Assembly (NCBI GenBank): GCA_964016885.1
Contig: OZ024744.1
Span: 43,028,001 to 43,092,000 of the forward strand
Direction of reading: 5' to 3'
DNA from: Eledone cirrhosa
Lineage: Eukaryota
Length of the DNA: 64,000 bases
In this document: positions 11,552-25,259 of the stretch, one piece after another
Numbering within the stretch: the stretch's first letter is position 1
Layout: the number at the start of each line of letters is the position of its first letter
The notes under the pieces: generated by a model
What the model saw: the letters and a program-made list of their open reading frames with translations, nothing else
Databases searched by the model: none
Told to the model about the DNA's origin: nothing
Translations under genes and position numbers: made by a program

Positions 11552-14500
11552 CGGCGGATAGTGCGCTCTGCGAAACAACATCTAACCGCCACTTTTTCAT
11601 TGAGGACCTGCTGTCAGGTAGAGCTTTTCTGGTTGACACAGGTGCAGCTTGTTCCGTATGGCCTGTGTGTTGTATGAAGGAGACTCCCCCTGAGATGCCT
11701 ATTGAGTTGCAGGCAGTAAATTGTTCGCCGATTCGAACTTTCGGACAAATCTCGTTACCTTTGCAGTTTCGTAATCTGCGGCGCGAGTTTAAATGGATAT
11801 TTACTGTCGCTGCCTTGCCGTATCCGATTCTAGGCGCGGATTTTCTCCACCATTTTTCATTGACGGTGGACCTTCGTGGTAAACGCCTAATTGATGGCAT
11901 CACGGGATTAACTGTTGTTGGCAAGGCAGCAGGAGTTCCAACGGTTAGTCCGACATTTTTTCTTGCTAACACCGGTGATCCTTTCCATGCGTTGTTGAAC
12001 TCGTTCCCGCAACTGACACAGGGGAATTTTCGATTTGATGAACCTACTCATACCACGGAGCACTTCATATCTACGACTGGTGCTCCCGTTTTCTCTCGTC
12101 CTCGTCGCTTGCCTCCGGACAAACTCAAAGCAGCACGATCAGAGTTTGATCATATGCTGCAAATGGGGATTATTCGTCCGTCCACGAGCCCGTGGGCGTC
12201 CCCATTACACATGGTACCGAAAGCGAATGGCGATTGGAGACCTACTGGAGATTATCGACGCCTGAATTCGATAACGGTACCGGACCGTTATCCTATCCCT
12301 CATCTGCAAGACTTTGCGTCTTCGTTGCAGGGATGCAAGATATTCTCCAAACTGGATTTAATTCGTGCGTACCATCAAATTCCTGTCCATAAAAATGACA
12401 TTCCAAAAACGGCTATAGTTACGCCATTTGGGTCTTTCGAGTTTTTGACTATGCCGTTCGGATTAAGGAATGCCGCTAGTACTTTTCAGCGGTTTATGGA
12501 TGAGGTTACTCGCGGCCTCGATTTCGTCTATACCTATATTGACGATCTGCTCATTGCTAGTTCTTCTCCAGAGCAGCATACGCACCATTTGAATCTTCTT
12601 TTCCGCCGATTGAAGGCGTATAACGTGCAGCTTAATGCACCCAAATGTGTTTTTGGTGCTGAGTCACTGGCTTTCTTGGGTCACGTCATCGATGCTGACG
12701 GTATTCGACCCCGGCCTGAGCGAGTTAAGGTCATAGAGGATTTGCCTCCACCGACCTCACTACGTCAGTTACGCCAGTTCTTAGGTCTGGTTAACTTTTA
12801 TAGGCGTTTCGTGCCAAATTGTGAAAAATTGCTTTTCTCCCTGACAGAAATTTTGAAAAATTGTCAGAGGAAGAACAAAGATATTTCTTTGACAGACACT
12901 CAACTTGCTGATTTTCAGCACGCCAAAACTGTTTTGGCTAATGCTTCGTTACTGACTCACCCGGTACCCGGTGCAAAGCTAACGCTTTGTGTTGATGCAT
13001 CGGATATCGCTGTGGGCGCAGTACTACAGCAAAACATCAATGGTCACCAGCAACCGCTGGAGTTTTTTTCCAAAAAGCTAAATCCTGCTGAGACGCGCTA
13101 CAGCATCTTTGGAAGAGAGCTTTTAGCCATCTATTTGGCCGTGAAACATTTTTCACATGTGCTAGAGGGTAGACAATTTACTATCCTCACTGACCATAAA
13201 CCATTGACTTTTGCTTTGAGAGCGAAGGCTGATAAATACTCGCCCAGAGAGACGAGACACCTTGATTTCATCTCGCAATATACGAGTGATATCCAGCACA
13301 TTCCGGGTTCACTAAATACAGCGGCCGATGCTTTGTCCCGCTTACCCGTGACAGCGATCTCGTCATCCTCTGACATAGATCTGACTCGTTTGGCTGCGGA
13401 TCAGCCTCCCCTTGAGTCATTGGATGTCACATCGCCCGAGTTTGCGAATTGCGAGATGAAATACTTGCCTCTGTCGACTGCAGTTGGCCAAATTCTCTGC
13501 GACGTCTCTTTGGACGTGCCTAGGCCCTTCGTTCCAGAGAATCATCGTCGGACCGTGTTTCTGGCATTACATTGTATCTCGCATCCAGGATCTTCTGCCA
13601 CAGCAAAGCTCATATCAGCTAGATTTTTCTGGCCAAATATGAGGCGTGAAATTGCTGCTTGGTGCCGTTCCTGCGTCGCTTGCCAGAGATCAAAGGTCCA
13701 TCGACATGTCAAGGCTCCCCTGGTTACCTTTGCTAACCCAGATGCGCGTTTTTCGCATATTCATATTGACATAGTGGGACCTTGGCCTGTCAGCGATGGT
13801 TTTTCTTATCTACTTACCGTCATTGACCGTTTTTCGAGATGGCCTGAGGCCATCCCCTTGAAAAAACATCACCGCGGAGACAACAGCACGTGCTCTTGTG
13901 TCTGGATGGATCTCTCGTTATGGAGTTCCATCCACAATAACTACCGACCGTGGACGACAGTTCGAGTCGAGCCTTTTCCTCGAGCTGTCAAAATTAATTG
14001 GTGCTAAACGCATTAGAACTACGGCATACCATCCCGCTTCGAATGGTATGGTGGAGCGTTTTCACCGCCAACTGAAGGCCTCCTTAATGGCCTCAATGGA
14101 CTCGGCGCATTGGAGCGAGTACCTCCCTATTGTGCTACTAGGGATTCGGTCAACGGCGAAGGTCGACTTTGGATTTTCACCGGCCGAAGTACTGTACGGT
14201 GCCCCTCTGACGTTGCCCGGGCAAATGCTTGCCCCTATCGATCTTGATGCCCAAGATCACGCTTCCTACGTGTCCCGTTTGCGCTCCTATTTCCAGGATT
14301 TGCCGCCAATGGACACTAGGAAACAAACTGTCAAGACTGCTGTCCCGAGGGATATTGCCTCGTGGACGCATGTCTTTGTAAGGAATGATACGGTGAAGCC
14401 CCCGCTCACACAGCCTTACACTGGACCTTACCGTGTCTTAGCGCGCTCGGCTAAGCATTTCACGTTAGATATTAAGGGGTCCCGGGAGACAGTTACATTA

Positions 14501-14710
14501 GACAGGCTTAAGCAGGCGCACCTTGACACGGACGCTGTGGTTCCTGATCCACGAACCCCTTCGTATTTGCCTGTTGAGCGAACGACTGTTCCTGAACCAC
14601 CATCATCGCCTGTCCCTACACCACCACCATCGCCACGTTACAAGACCACGACCCGTTCAGGTCGTAGGGTCCACTGGCCCAAAAAATTTTGCAGCACCGT
14701 CTATATTTAG
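11515..14710 (+). pseudogene. pol: Pol (protease, RT, RNase H, integrase) with one frameshift in integrase
   Basis: [37 protein letters not shown] zinc finger, HIDIVGP. Frame switches at the A-run 13861-13866, then continues ITTDRGRQF and NGMVERFHR to 14710. Confidence 0.93.
11527..11533 (+). promoter_or_regulatory. Putative -1 ribosomal frameshift heptamer G GGA AAA
   Basis: X XXY YYZ heptamer in the gag frame within the gag/pol overlap; a -1 shift enters the pol frame. Confidence 0.7.
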
Positions 14711-14939
14711 ACTATGTTAGCTGCACCTTTTTTTTGCCTCTGTGTTTCTGCTTTTTCTTTACCTTGTTTTGTTATGCATGCATGTCGTTTTTTTTTTTTT
14801 TAACATTTTTCAAATCCTTATTCTGGATTCAATTTTTGCTAGAGCGGATAGCTCCCCCCTTGTTGCATTTTCGCCATCTTACTCCACATGTGAGTAATGA
14901 CATCAATTTTCGATAATTTGAAAATCTGGCTCGAGGTAC

Positions 14940-15168
14940 TGTAGTAAGACGCCTCACGCTCCTTGATAGAACGCCGGTTAGGAACGCCAGAAAGAAAAGA
15001 CAGACAGCCACTGGAAAGCCGACTGATCACACGCCAGAAACCAGCCTCTGTACCACACCATTGTTTGTGTTACATCAAAAAATAAACGTATATTTCATCT
15101 CTAATTTCTGCTGCTGAACTAATTATTATGTCACTCGTATCTCGATAACATCTACAACTAGTACTGCT

Positions 15169-15171
<3 letters not shown>
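14940..15171 (+). repeat. 3' LTR
   Basis: Direct repeat of 9660-9891. Confidence 0.93.
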
Positions 15172-15260
<89 letters not shown>

Positions 15261-15768
15261 AGTTGTGTCATATGTAGAATGTATGTGTTATCCTTGCACC
15301 CATCTACTGACATTGATGTTGCTCTGAAAAACTGTGATGTTGAATGCCGTAAGTTTCAATCAGGGTCCAGTGAATCCTCCGTAGACTCATTATAGCTTTT
15401 GCAGTCTCTGTCCCACCATGTTATGATGTAACAGACCACCAGCCATTATTCAAATAAAGATGGAGCGCGTGGATCGGAGCCATAAAGACCCCCCAAAACC
15501 ATGATCAGACAAGGAAAATGGTCAGTATAAGAACAATATTGAGGGGCTAACATCGGTCAGCATAACTCGTGATTTAGTCAATCTCTTTATTATATGGTTG
15601 GATAGGGCACTCAAAGAACGCGTAACCGAGAACTGTTTAGCCCTAAATATGTTCTCCCATTATGTAGAGGTTATCTGTATAGTAGTATAGAAATACCGCT
15701 AAAGAAATCATCAAGGGACTAGAAATAAACGGTATGGAAATCATTCAGCAAATAAATACCCACAAGAG

Positions 15769-16950
15769 CAGTGGTTCCCAAACTTTTTTTATCGCGAAAC
15801 CTCTTGACATTATTTTTAAAATAATGGAACCCTTATCTAAAATAAAACATATTATATTGAAAAATGAGTTTATTTTAAACAGACATACCTCTACTTAATA
15901 TCTAAACTGTACATCATTTTTAAAAATAGAATTGATGTATAATGGGAAGAATGCTTCTGTTTCTTGGACATCAGTATCCTTTTGAAATTTGGTACAATGC
16001 TGGATAATTGAACTCTCATATCCGGTGTGGCATCCATTTTGCTTCGATATGAAGTTTTCATGTTAGCATATCTTGAAAATCCTGATTCACATAAATATGT
16101 TGTTACAAATGGCAACAGTACTTTTACGGTCAGTTTGGATATTTCGGGATATTCGTCACTTGGATTCCCCCAAAATACGTCTAACGGCATTTCTTCAAAC
16201 TTGGCCTTTAACTGAGTATCTCAAGTAATTTCTATTAATTGTTCATAATCCGCTACTTGAAATCCTGTAGGTTTTCCTGTTACTTTGAATGGGTTTTACA
16301 CCCAATAGTGGTCTTTGTTCTTCAAACTAGGAAAATACTCAATAAGAGATTGTGATAAGTTGTTCAGATGATGTTTAATATCATTGCAAGTATCGGTTTC
16401 TAATTCCCCTTGTGATTTTTGTAAAAATTCAGTAAGAAGCGGAAAACAATCAAAATTATTATTATCTATTTCTGAGGTCCAGTACCGCAATTTACGTGAT
16501 AAACATATCATGTTATCTTGAGCTCGATAAATATTTGTTTCTTTCCTTTGTAGAGATGTTTCGTTTAACTTTGAAAAAACATCTGCTAAATATATAACTT
16601 TTGATAACCATATACTATTTCTTAATCTGTCAGCGAATCTAAATTTATGATCACGAAAATAATGTAACAATTCTGTTCTCAATTCAACCATTCTCACTAG
16701 AACATTTCTTCTTGAAAGCCATCTAACTGCTGTATGTAAAAGAAGAGTCGTATGATTATTACCCATATCTTCACACAAAACCTTAAATATTCTTGATTGT
16801 AATGGCCGAGTTTTAATAAAATTAATAATTTGCACTGCTTCGTCCAAAGCTATCTTTAATGAAGCTGAAATCTTTTTTGTCACCAATGGATATCTGGGAA
16901 GAATGCAGTATTACTGCTGCTGTTTTTTGCAACATTATACTCTAGTGACT
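15769..16950 (-). mobile_element. hAT (Buster/Charlie-like) DNA transposon, 3' remnant
   Basis: TIR-like CAGTGGTTCCCAAAC at 15769. Transposase motifs INFIKTRPLQSRIF, LLLHTAVRWLSR, YLADVFSKLN and the dimerisation domain LLPFVTTYLCESGFS. Confidence 0.88.
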
Positions 16951-16974
16951 AGAGTATTAAAATATACTGCCCAA

Positions 16975-18260
16975 ACCTCAGACTACCTGTCTTAGACACA
17001 CAACTCTGTATTCTTCTTGTCGTGTCCACAAGAGTGTCAGTTACAAAGGTTGGTTAGATGTAGTTCCGCCACAGCGGAACACATTGTTGTCCTTTCTCAT
17101 TAAACTCTGCCACGTCCAATGTTGTGCAGGGATGTTCCAGCAGGGATTATATCTGTAGATGCCACGCAGTCTGTGGTTTGATATCGCAGCCACACACAAT
17201 GTAGCCATCTTTTAAATATACCCATTTTGCAAGATTGACTTTTGCTCGTCCAACACCAGATCTTAGTCTTTTTATGTATCTCCACACTGCATAGTTTGTA
17301 TCTGCCCCGGGGGAGCGGGAGGTGGCTCGTTCTCCTTTAGCTCCATTGTTGTTACTGATGGGAGGTTGTTAAGTTTTTCTTCCCAGCGGGTGACTCTTTC
17401 ACTACTTTTGTTTGATGTTTCAAGGGCCGTGACGCTATTAAGGAAACTTTTCCCGAGTTTAAGGCGGCTTTTGGCTGGCATATGGCTGAAGAGATTGTTT
17501 TTTATCTGTAGTCTGTTGTTGACGCTCTTTCTTGCTTGTTGCACTTCATTGTATCTCTGGTGGGGCTATGCTGGCCAAGATATACAGACAGTCCGTAGGA
17601 GTAGATTTCAGACAGCCTGCGATGAGGCAGCAGGTAACATTGAGGGCGGGATCTAGCTTCTGGACATGGACAGCTCGCTCCCATAGTGGGCATGAATACT
17701 CGGCAGCTGAGTAGCAGAGAGCTAGTTCAGTTGACTTCACAGTCTGTGGGTCTGCACTCTAGGTTATATCAGTGAGCGTGCAGATGATGATGTTCCTCGC
17801 ATTCACTTTGCACTTAGTCTTCTCAATGTGGATCTTAAAAGAGAGACACCTGTCCAGGGTTACACCTAGATAGCGTTCAAGGGGGGTTCCTGACCAGTTA
17901 ACCTTCAGATGGCGCTTGGCATCACGGTTTCGCAGCTAGAAGGCACACAGCTTCGTCTTGGATGGATTTTCACGCAGGTGGTTCTCTTTATTATAAGGTG
18001 TTAGTTCTTCCAGAGCATTGGAAAGTCTATTTTCCACAACTTTGAAATCAGTGTGTTGTGCACCTATGCCAAGATCGTCTGCATAGATGAAGCGGCGGGT
18101 GTCTGCACTTTTTGGTTGGTCGTTGTAGATGTTGAAGAGAAGTGGGAAGCCATTCTTCAGTCTTCGCCATCTACTTTTCTTCTCTCCTAACTCCACAAAG
18201 AGGTACCTGTTTTCAAGCATGCTTTCATTCAACTCCGTCAGACCTACAAGCTCTTTGAAT
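16975..18260 (-). mobile_element. Vingi/Ingi-like LINE 3' fragment (degenerate RT)
   Basis: RRFIYADDL, NPSKTKLCAF, LALCYSAAEYSCPLW, KLDPALN..GCLKSTP..LASIAPP, plus a C-terminal cysteine motif. Confidence 0.78.
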
Positions 18261-18261
18261 G

Positions 18262-18420
18262 CCTGATCCTCACCAAAATTGTCATAAAAACTGTAAAACT
18301 AGAAATGTAGTTTATAGCGTAAGATGCACGGAGGAACAATGTAGGAACACAACTGCAATAAATATAGGAACAATGGCTCGTAGTATAGGAGAAAGGATCA
18401 AGGAGAACTGGCAGAAATAT
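18262..18420 (+). pseudogene. PLE GIY-YIG endonuclease fragment
   Basis: NCKTRNVVYSVRCTEEQC..IG..ARSIGERIKE; paralogous to 25260-25780. Confidence 0.7.
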
Positions 18421-18457
18421 GTGTGTGTATATGTATGTGTATATATATATAATTATT

Positions 18458-18525
<68 letters not shown>

Positions 18526-18566
18526 AATAATTATATATATATATATATGATATAAAACGAAAAATT

Positions 18567-21500
18567 AGTGATGCATTTGAACTCAAATTATTGAGTGTTC
18601 AATTGTTTCGCCGGCAGACAGCTCGAGACACGATCAATGTGTGGATCTGTTTGATTCTGGATCCGCAGGTTCGAAGGACAGGTCTAATGATTTCGGAGCA
18701 AACTCTCTCACTGGGGTGTTAGCGTCAAAAACATCCTCTTCGTACGTCCTGTTATTGGCTGCTGTTTTTCTACGTCATCGTAATTCTGACCAACAGGTGT
18801 GAATTCGACTGACCCTCCTCAGCTGCCGCGTTCCTGCCACACTTCGATGAATTACTACTGGGTTTGGTAGTTCACACGTCCAAGCACGCACTCACACACA
18901 CATATACACACACACATACACAATCACATAGGTAACAACATCCGTACGCTTAGACTCCCGCTATGCATACACACTTAAGGAGAACATATACAACTATAGA
19001 CATACGCATACGCAGACACCTGCCTACATGCCCATATGCATCAACACACACACAGACACACACACGGCCGCACACACATGCATACGCGTATATATACTCG
19101 TATACACAAACACGTACAGGCATATGCATATACACCTCTCCCCCTTTTTTCTCCTTTTCCCCCCAAGCAGATGCACATACACACACGTGTCCATATATAC
19201 AGGCACAGATACACACTCGCTCGCAAACACACACCCACACACATATATATATACACTGAAATAAGCCCTTTCTCTACATTGGGTGCCTGTACACACACAC
19301 ACACTGGCTCATATACACTTTTACAAATATCCGCATATTCACATACAGGCCTACGCACGCCTACAAAGATATATATATATATGTATATACAGTATATATA
19401 TGCACACAAATAGGATATATACACAAAGTCATATAAAGATATACAATGGGTCAAACAATGGGTCATACATGAAATGATGCATCTTGTTATAAGCATGCAC
19501 ATATATAAACAATATAATCATACACATACATATATACACAAACATATATATACATATATATATACATCTATATATACACATACGTATACACACATGTATA
19601 AAAAAATATGCAATATATTAAAAATATACATATAACGTCACATAGAGATATATAACAAAGGAGGAACGTGTATGCGTGTGAGATAGTACACAGGAGAAGT
19701 ATGAGATATTGACAAAATATAATTTGTGTTACAAGTTGGAATACGTGGAGAGTATGGACTCGCTATTGAAAAGATACACATGCATGGGGGTGCGTGGAAC
19801 GGCCATACTGGAGTATGTCAGTGTGGTTGAGGTATATTGTCCTATAGGTGTAATGCATTTGACTGAAAGTCAGTGGAATCCGGGTAAACCTGCCCCGGCT
19901 CAGGTGATATTCTTGCCTAGGGTGACGTGCAGACTCGGGTATGCATACCGGGTTATTTCGGTTTACCCCACGAGGCATATATAGTCATCAGGGTAGGGTG
20001 TCTGATCCCTTGAACCCGTTTCGCCGCTCTGCTCGGCGCACGCTTCGCCGGATGCCTTTAGCCTGGTCTTCCCGGTGGATTCCATGCGGAGAGTGTGCAC
20101 CTTCTCTGGTGTCTGCACGTCATTATTATTTCCGATTTCAGGTTGACCGCATCATCCTTCAGTCTGACTATCTCCATGGCCTCGTGTAGGCATAGCGTAC
20201 ACTTTCTGTTTCCAGCCGAGTATGCATTTGCGTGCCGAACGATGCTCCAGTCAAGGGCATACGGTGTGCCTTTGTCTTTCAAGTCCCACACAAGGTCCGC
20301 CAACCTAGTAGAGTGCCTCTTACTCCGGTCCTTCAAAGAGTGCGTGTGGTTATACATCCGCGATTTAAAGGTCGTGATATCAGCTAAAAAGATGCTGATT
20401 AGCTTCGAAGACAGGTTATGGGAGAGGAGGGACAGACCCGACAGTTTCGATATCACTATGGGGTCGAGCGACTCTGCGCAGTGACCGACCTGGTGGGGAT
20501 CTATCTCCTCCAAAGATTAGCGGAGAAAGATCCCAGGGATCGGCGGCGGAATATACAGAGACGACGCACTTTTTACCTTCCGTTCCCTAAACCCAAGCCA
20601 GCTGGAGCGTATGACGAAGCGGATATCGCATTTTTTTAAACAACACGGCTTATCCGTGACGATTGATCCTAGCACTAATACGGTGAATTTCCTGGACGTT
20701 ACCCTGGAAATGAATAAGGGCATCCACCGACCTTATCACAAGACCAATGAGAACCTGCAATATGTGAACAGGCAATCGAACCACCCCAAGTCAGTCATAG
20801 AAGCAATAGTTAAAGGGGTATCTAAACGTGTATCCACCCTGTCGGCCAACGCAGACGTGTTCAACCAGCACACCGACTAATATAATGAGGCACTGCACAG
20901 GGCCGGTTACACAGGAAGCATAGGGTATACACTAGACAGGGAAGAGCCTAGCGCCGGGGCATACGGATACGGCAATAGCTGTGACACTTCCATAGGTAGA
21001 AGAAATGACCTGGTACCAGCCTCCAAGAACACGAGTAGCAGCACAGTTCACCTTAAAGACACAGGACCGACAATAGGACAGATGAAGACACACACCGGCG
21101 CTAGACCACCCAGTACACGTAGAGAAAAGCCCGGCACGCACACCACATGGGTCGCGGTAACTAGAACTAAGGACAGGGTAACGACAAGTAAGGCCGTGGC
21201 ACCCGCTAGAGGGTAGCAGTGATATAGCCCCGACAACAGCACCACATAGCATTAAAGAGGCTAACAGTAGAGCCGACAATACAAAACGGAATACCTTAGT
21301 AAGCGAAATGTGTAACCCTGACGCCCACAGTAGACATATAGATAGAGGCAACATAGGGGACGTAATAATGGGCGGGCAAAACCCGAGACGGACACCAGAC
21401 CCAAAACACATTCACTCTGCTTCACACACACGAAAGAACAAGACTAGATCTAAGGCCGTTACATGGTTTAACGCATCGTATTCTAAGCATGTATGCAGCA

Positions 21501-22494
21501 ATATACCAGGACTCTTTATCCGAGCGTTAGACGAGTGCTTCCCGCCGTCGAACAGATACCACAAGATTTTCAACCGCCACACGGTAAAGTTTTTCTTCTC
21601 CACAGCACCTAACATGGCCGACTACATGGCCAAAATCAACGCGGTGAAGATGAAGAACCTTGATCGTCAACCGCGGCGGCAGAATGACCGTCCATCGGAG
21701 CACGGAGGGCCCCTCACAGACCGCTCTTCCAACCACAACCCGGCCCTTGTGGCGGCCGCCACGCCCGCGGAAGACCATACAAACCAACGCCGGGCGGGAA
21801 TGAGTGGCGGTGGAGAGACCACCGTGTCTGCGGTAAAACTCCCTGAGAATCGGGAGAGGTCCCTAGCAGATCAAGGGCCAGGCGTCCGAAATGAACAGCA
21901 TAACGTGCAACTGCAGAGCAGGAACGCAGTGCCCCCTGCAGGAAAGATGCCTGACGAAGCGCACCTACAACGGCGCAACATCCACGACCTTTAAATCACG
22001 GATGTATAACCATATGAAGTCTTTCAAGGACCGGAGTAAGAGGCACTCTACTTGGCTGGCGGACCTTGTGTGGGACTTGAAAGACAAAGGCACCCCGTAC
22101 GCCCTTGACTGGATATCGTTCGACACACGAATGCATACTCGGTTGGAAACAGAAAGTGTAGGCTATGCCTATATATGTGTGTGTGTGTGTATGTGTGTGT
22201 GTGTTTGCGAGCGAATCTGTATATGTGCCTGTATATATTGACACGTGTGTGTATGTGAGTCTGCTTGAGGGAAGGACAAAGGTGGGGGGGTCTATGTGTA
22301 TGTCTGTACGTGTTTGTGTATACGAGTATATATATGTGTATGCATGTGTGCGCGCCTGTGTGTGTGTGTGTGTGTGTTGGTGTATATGGGCATGTAGGCA
22401 GGCGTCTGTGTATGCGTATGGCTATAGTTTTATATGTTCTTAAGTGTGTGTGTCTATAGCGGGAGTCTATGCGTACGGATGTTGTTACCTATGT

Positions 22495-22593
<99 letters not shown>

Positions 22594-22955
22594 TGCGCGT
22601 CTGTGTATATGTGTGTGTGAGTGCGTGCTTGGACGTGTGAACTACCAAACCCAGTAGTAATTCATCGAAGTGTGGCAGAAACGCGGCAGCTGAGGAGGGT
22701 CAGTCGAATTCACACCTGTTGGTCAGAATTACGATGACGTAGAAAAACAGCAGCCAATAACAGGACGCGCGAAAAGGATGCTTTTGATGCTAACACCCCA
22801 GTGAGAGAATTTGCTCCGAAATCATTAGACGTGTCCGTCGAACCTGCGGATTCAGAATCAGACAGATCCACACATTGATCGTGTCTCGAGCTGTCCGCCG
22901 GCGAAACAATTGTAACACACAATAAATTGGGTTCAGATGCATCACTGATATTTCA
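18567..22955. mobile_element. Penelope-like element with a long inverted 5' arm
   Basis: 18567-19260 is the reverse complement of 22165-22955. An inverted GIY-YIG C-terminus (20058-20392, -) abuts a + strand RT/GIY-YIG body (20393-22165). Confidence 0.88.
20393..22165 (+). pseudogene. PLE RT C-terminal half + GIY-YIG, disrupted
   Basis: FDITMGSSDSAQ, GGIYRDD, VNFLDVTL, YVNRQSNHP, VTWFN, CNC..CPL..CL, TTFKSRMYNH, LADLVWDLKD. Confidence 0.88.
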
Positions 22956-23040
22956 TTTTGTATTATATCATACTCTGCTCTTTAAGAACATTGAGTGCTC
23001 AACCTTCATACCACCTATGGAAGCATCTTAGCTACTATGA

Positions 23041-23198
<158 letters not shown>

Positions 23199-23297
23199 TT
23201 TACATATATATATATATATACATACATATACGTGTTTTGCAACGGGTCACTTTGTGGTTCAATGAAAATTTAATAAATTTAATAAATAATCAGAGTT

Positions 23298-23617
23298 ATA
23301 TATCATAAAACATGTCTATAGAATCACCAGATAAAATATAAAATATATACCATTTCCTCTCCCAATTAGCATAATCAACTATATAACAAATCGAATAGAC
23401 CAGGCTATAAGAATAAGGCTTCTATGAAGAAATCTCCAACAAATAACCGAAACTAGTCCTTCGCGTCGGCCGCAACGGAATATTTATCGAATATTTCGAC
23501 AGCGTAATCGCCCAGATACAGTCAATTAAACAGAATTAGGTGTAAAATAAACTAGGAGAAAATAGAGGAAATGGTATATATTTTATCTGGTGATTCTATA
23601 GACATGTATTATGATAT
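23298..23617. repeat. ~55-60-bp inverted repeat around a ~200-bp spacer
   Basis: tatcataaaacatgtctatagaatcaccagataaaata..ccatttcctct pairs with agaggaaatgg..ctggtgattctatagacatgtattatgata. Confidence 0.75.
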
Positions 23618-23680
23618 ATATATATATATATATATTAATTCAAAATATTAATAAATATAGACATTCATGTAATAAATATA

Positions 23681-23742
23681 TTTTATTATATGTATTTCAG
23701 AGGTACTGTTCTGTTTACTCAGTACGTCCTCATCAGATAAAA
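23681..23742 (-). ncRNA. Type I hammerhead ribozyme motif (family B)
   Basis: - strand: ttttat CTGATGA ggacgtactg..cagtacctct GAAA tacatat A ataaaa. Confidence 0.82.
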
Positions 23743-23799
23743 TAAATTGATGTCTGACATACCTCAACTGTGCTGATGGTTCAATTCCAGTCTTGGCAG

Positions 23800-23860
<61 letters not shown>

Positions 23861-24097
23861 AGTTAATATAAATTAATATTGATAAACACAAAAGTGTTTG
23901 TATTGTAAAAGACGAAGTTAGCTAGAATGAAATAAACTAATTCAAATAAATATATATAGTTTGCCTGTCTCGATTTAAAATAATAAATCAATAAAAACAA
24001 ACCCATATTGGCAAATAGCCAATAGCCACGGCTCAGACATGCTTCTTTCTTTGAGCTAATTAATTGTAAAGGACTGTTTGAGTTTTTAACTCTAAAT

Positions 24098-24282
24098 ATA
24101 ATTGTTTCTACTTTAGGCACAAGGCCAGCAATTACCCAGTGCATTACTGGTACTTTATTTTATCGACCCCGTAAGGATGAAAGGCAAAGTCAACCTCGGC
24201 AGGATTTGAACTCAGATCGTAAAGGGACGTAACTATGCTGGAAAGCATGGCGTCCGACCCTCTACCGATACTGCCAATTCAC
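24098..24282 (-). mobile_element. tRNA-derived SINE
   Basis: Reverse complement of the 5871-6062 family. Confidence 0.88.
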
Positions 24283-24869
24283 AATATTACGGCTCCTTTT
24301 TGTTGAGCTAATTTTTAATCCCATATAAACGGCTGTTATTTCTAGCGCCATGAATATGAAATAGCTAGTGAGCTGGAAAACCTCGTGCAAAACCTCGTGC
24401 GTTTGCGCTAGTAAACCAGACATCCTAAATTATTTCTCCTAAATTATTTCGAGGTGAAACATCCTAATTTTTCTGGATACCTGTTGAGAAGCACAGAAAA
24501 TTGGCATATTTCACTTTTTATACTATCGTTGCGAGACTTATTTGGGTTTTGAAATTCAAATTTATCTGCGGAACAGGTTTGGATTTTAAAATTTAAATTT
24601 GTCCAGGTATCACGGCTATTTGCCAATATGGGTTTGTTTTTATTGATTTATTATTTTAAATCGAGACAGACAAACTATATATATTTATTTGAATTAGTTT
24701 ATTTCATTCTAGCTAACTTCGTCTTTTACAATACAAACACTTTTGTGTTTATCATATATTAATTTATATTAACTTGTATTTCACGGCTCAGAAATGCTTC
24801 TTTCTTGGAGCTAATTAATTGTAAAGGACTGTTTGAGTTTTTAACTCTAAATATAATATAATATATATA

Positions 24870-24976
24870 TATAGAAGGAGCTTCTACAGGACTAGTACTG
24901 TTTCATTCAGATGAAATCTTCACTGAAGATTTCATCTGAATGAAACAGTACTAGTCCTGTAGAAGCTCCTTCTATA
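24870..24976. repeat. Perfect palindrome (53-bp arms, 1-nt loop) of an HHR pLTR end
   Basis: Centred on 24923. The + strand reads CTGAAGA tttcatctgaat GAAACAG..CTGTA, related to the HHR at 58452. Confidence 0.9.
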
Positions 24977-25074
24977 AAATAAAAAATGTTTACTCTGCCA
25001 TGTATTGAGTACCTTACTTACTGTGGTTATCCCCGACTCAACCCGGGACCTACGTATATATATATATTTATATT

Positions 25075-25200
<126 letters not shown>

Positions 25201-25259
25201 TATGTATGTATGTATGTATGTATGTATGTATGTATGTATATCTAGGGTGGGTAAAATTC

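Larger units (their letters stand above)
9660..15171 (+). mobile_element. Ty3/Gypsy LTR retrotransposon, CsRn1-like clade, full length
   Basis: 232-bp LTRs at 9660-9891 and 14940-15171 differ at 4 positions. tRNA-Trp-like PBS TGGTGACCGACGT, gag with CHCC motif, pol PR-RT-RH-IN. Inserted in (TA)n. Confidence 0.95.

Noticed and set aside
22690-22920. CTGAGGA..GAAACAATTGTA in the 18567-22955 pLTR
   Set aside because: No supportable stem I or stem II pairing could be found by eye.
23415-23462. GAAACTAGTC half-hammerhead
   Set aside because: No intact CUGANGA or stem II upstream.
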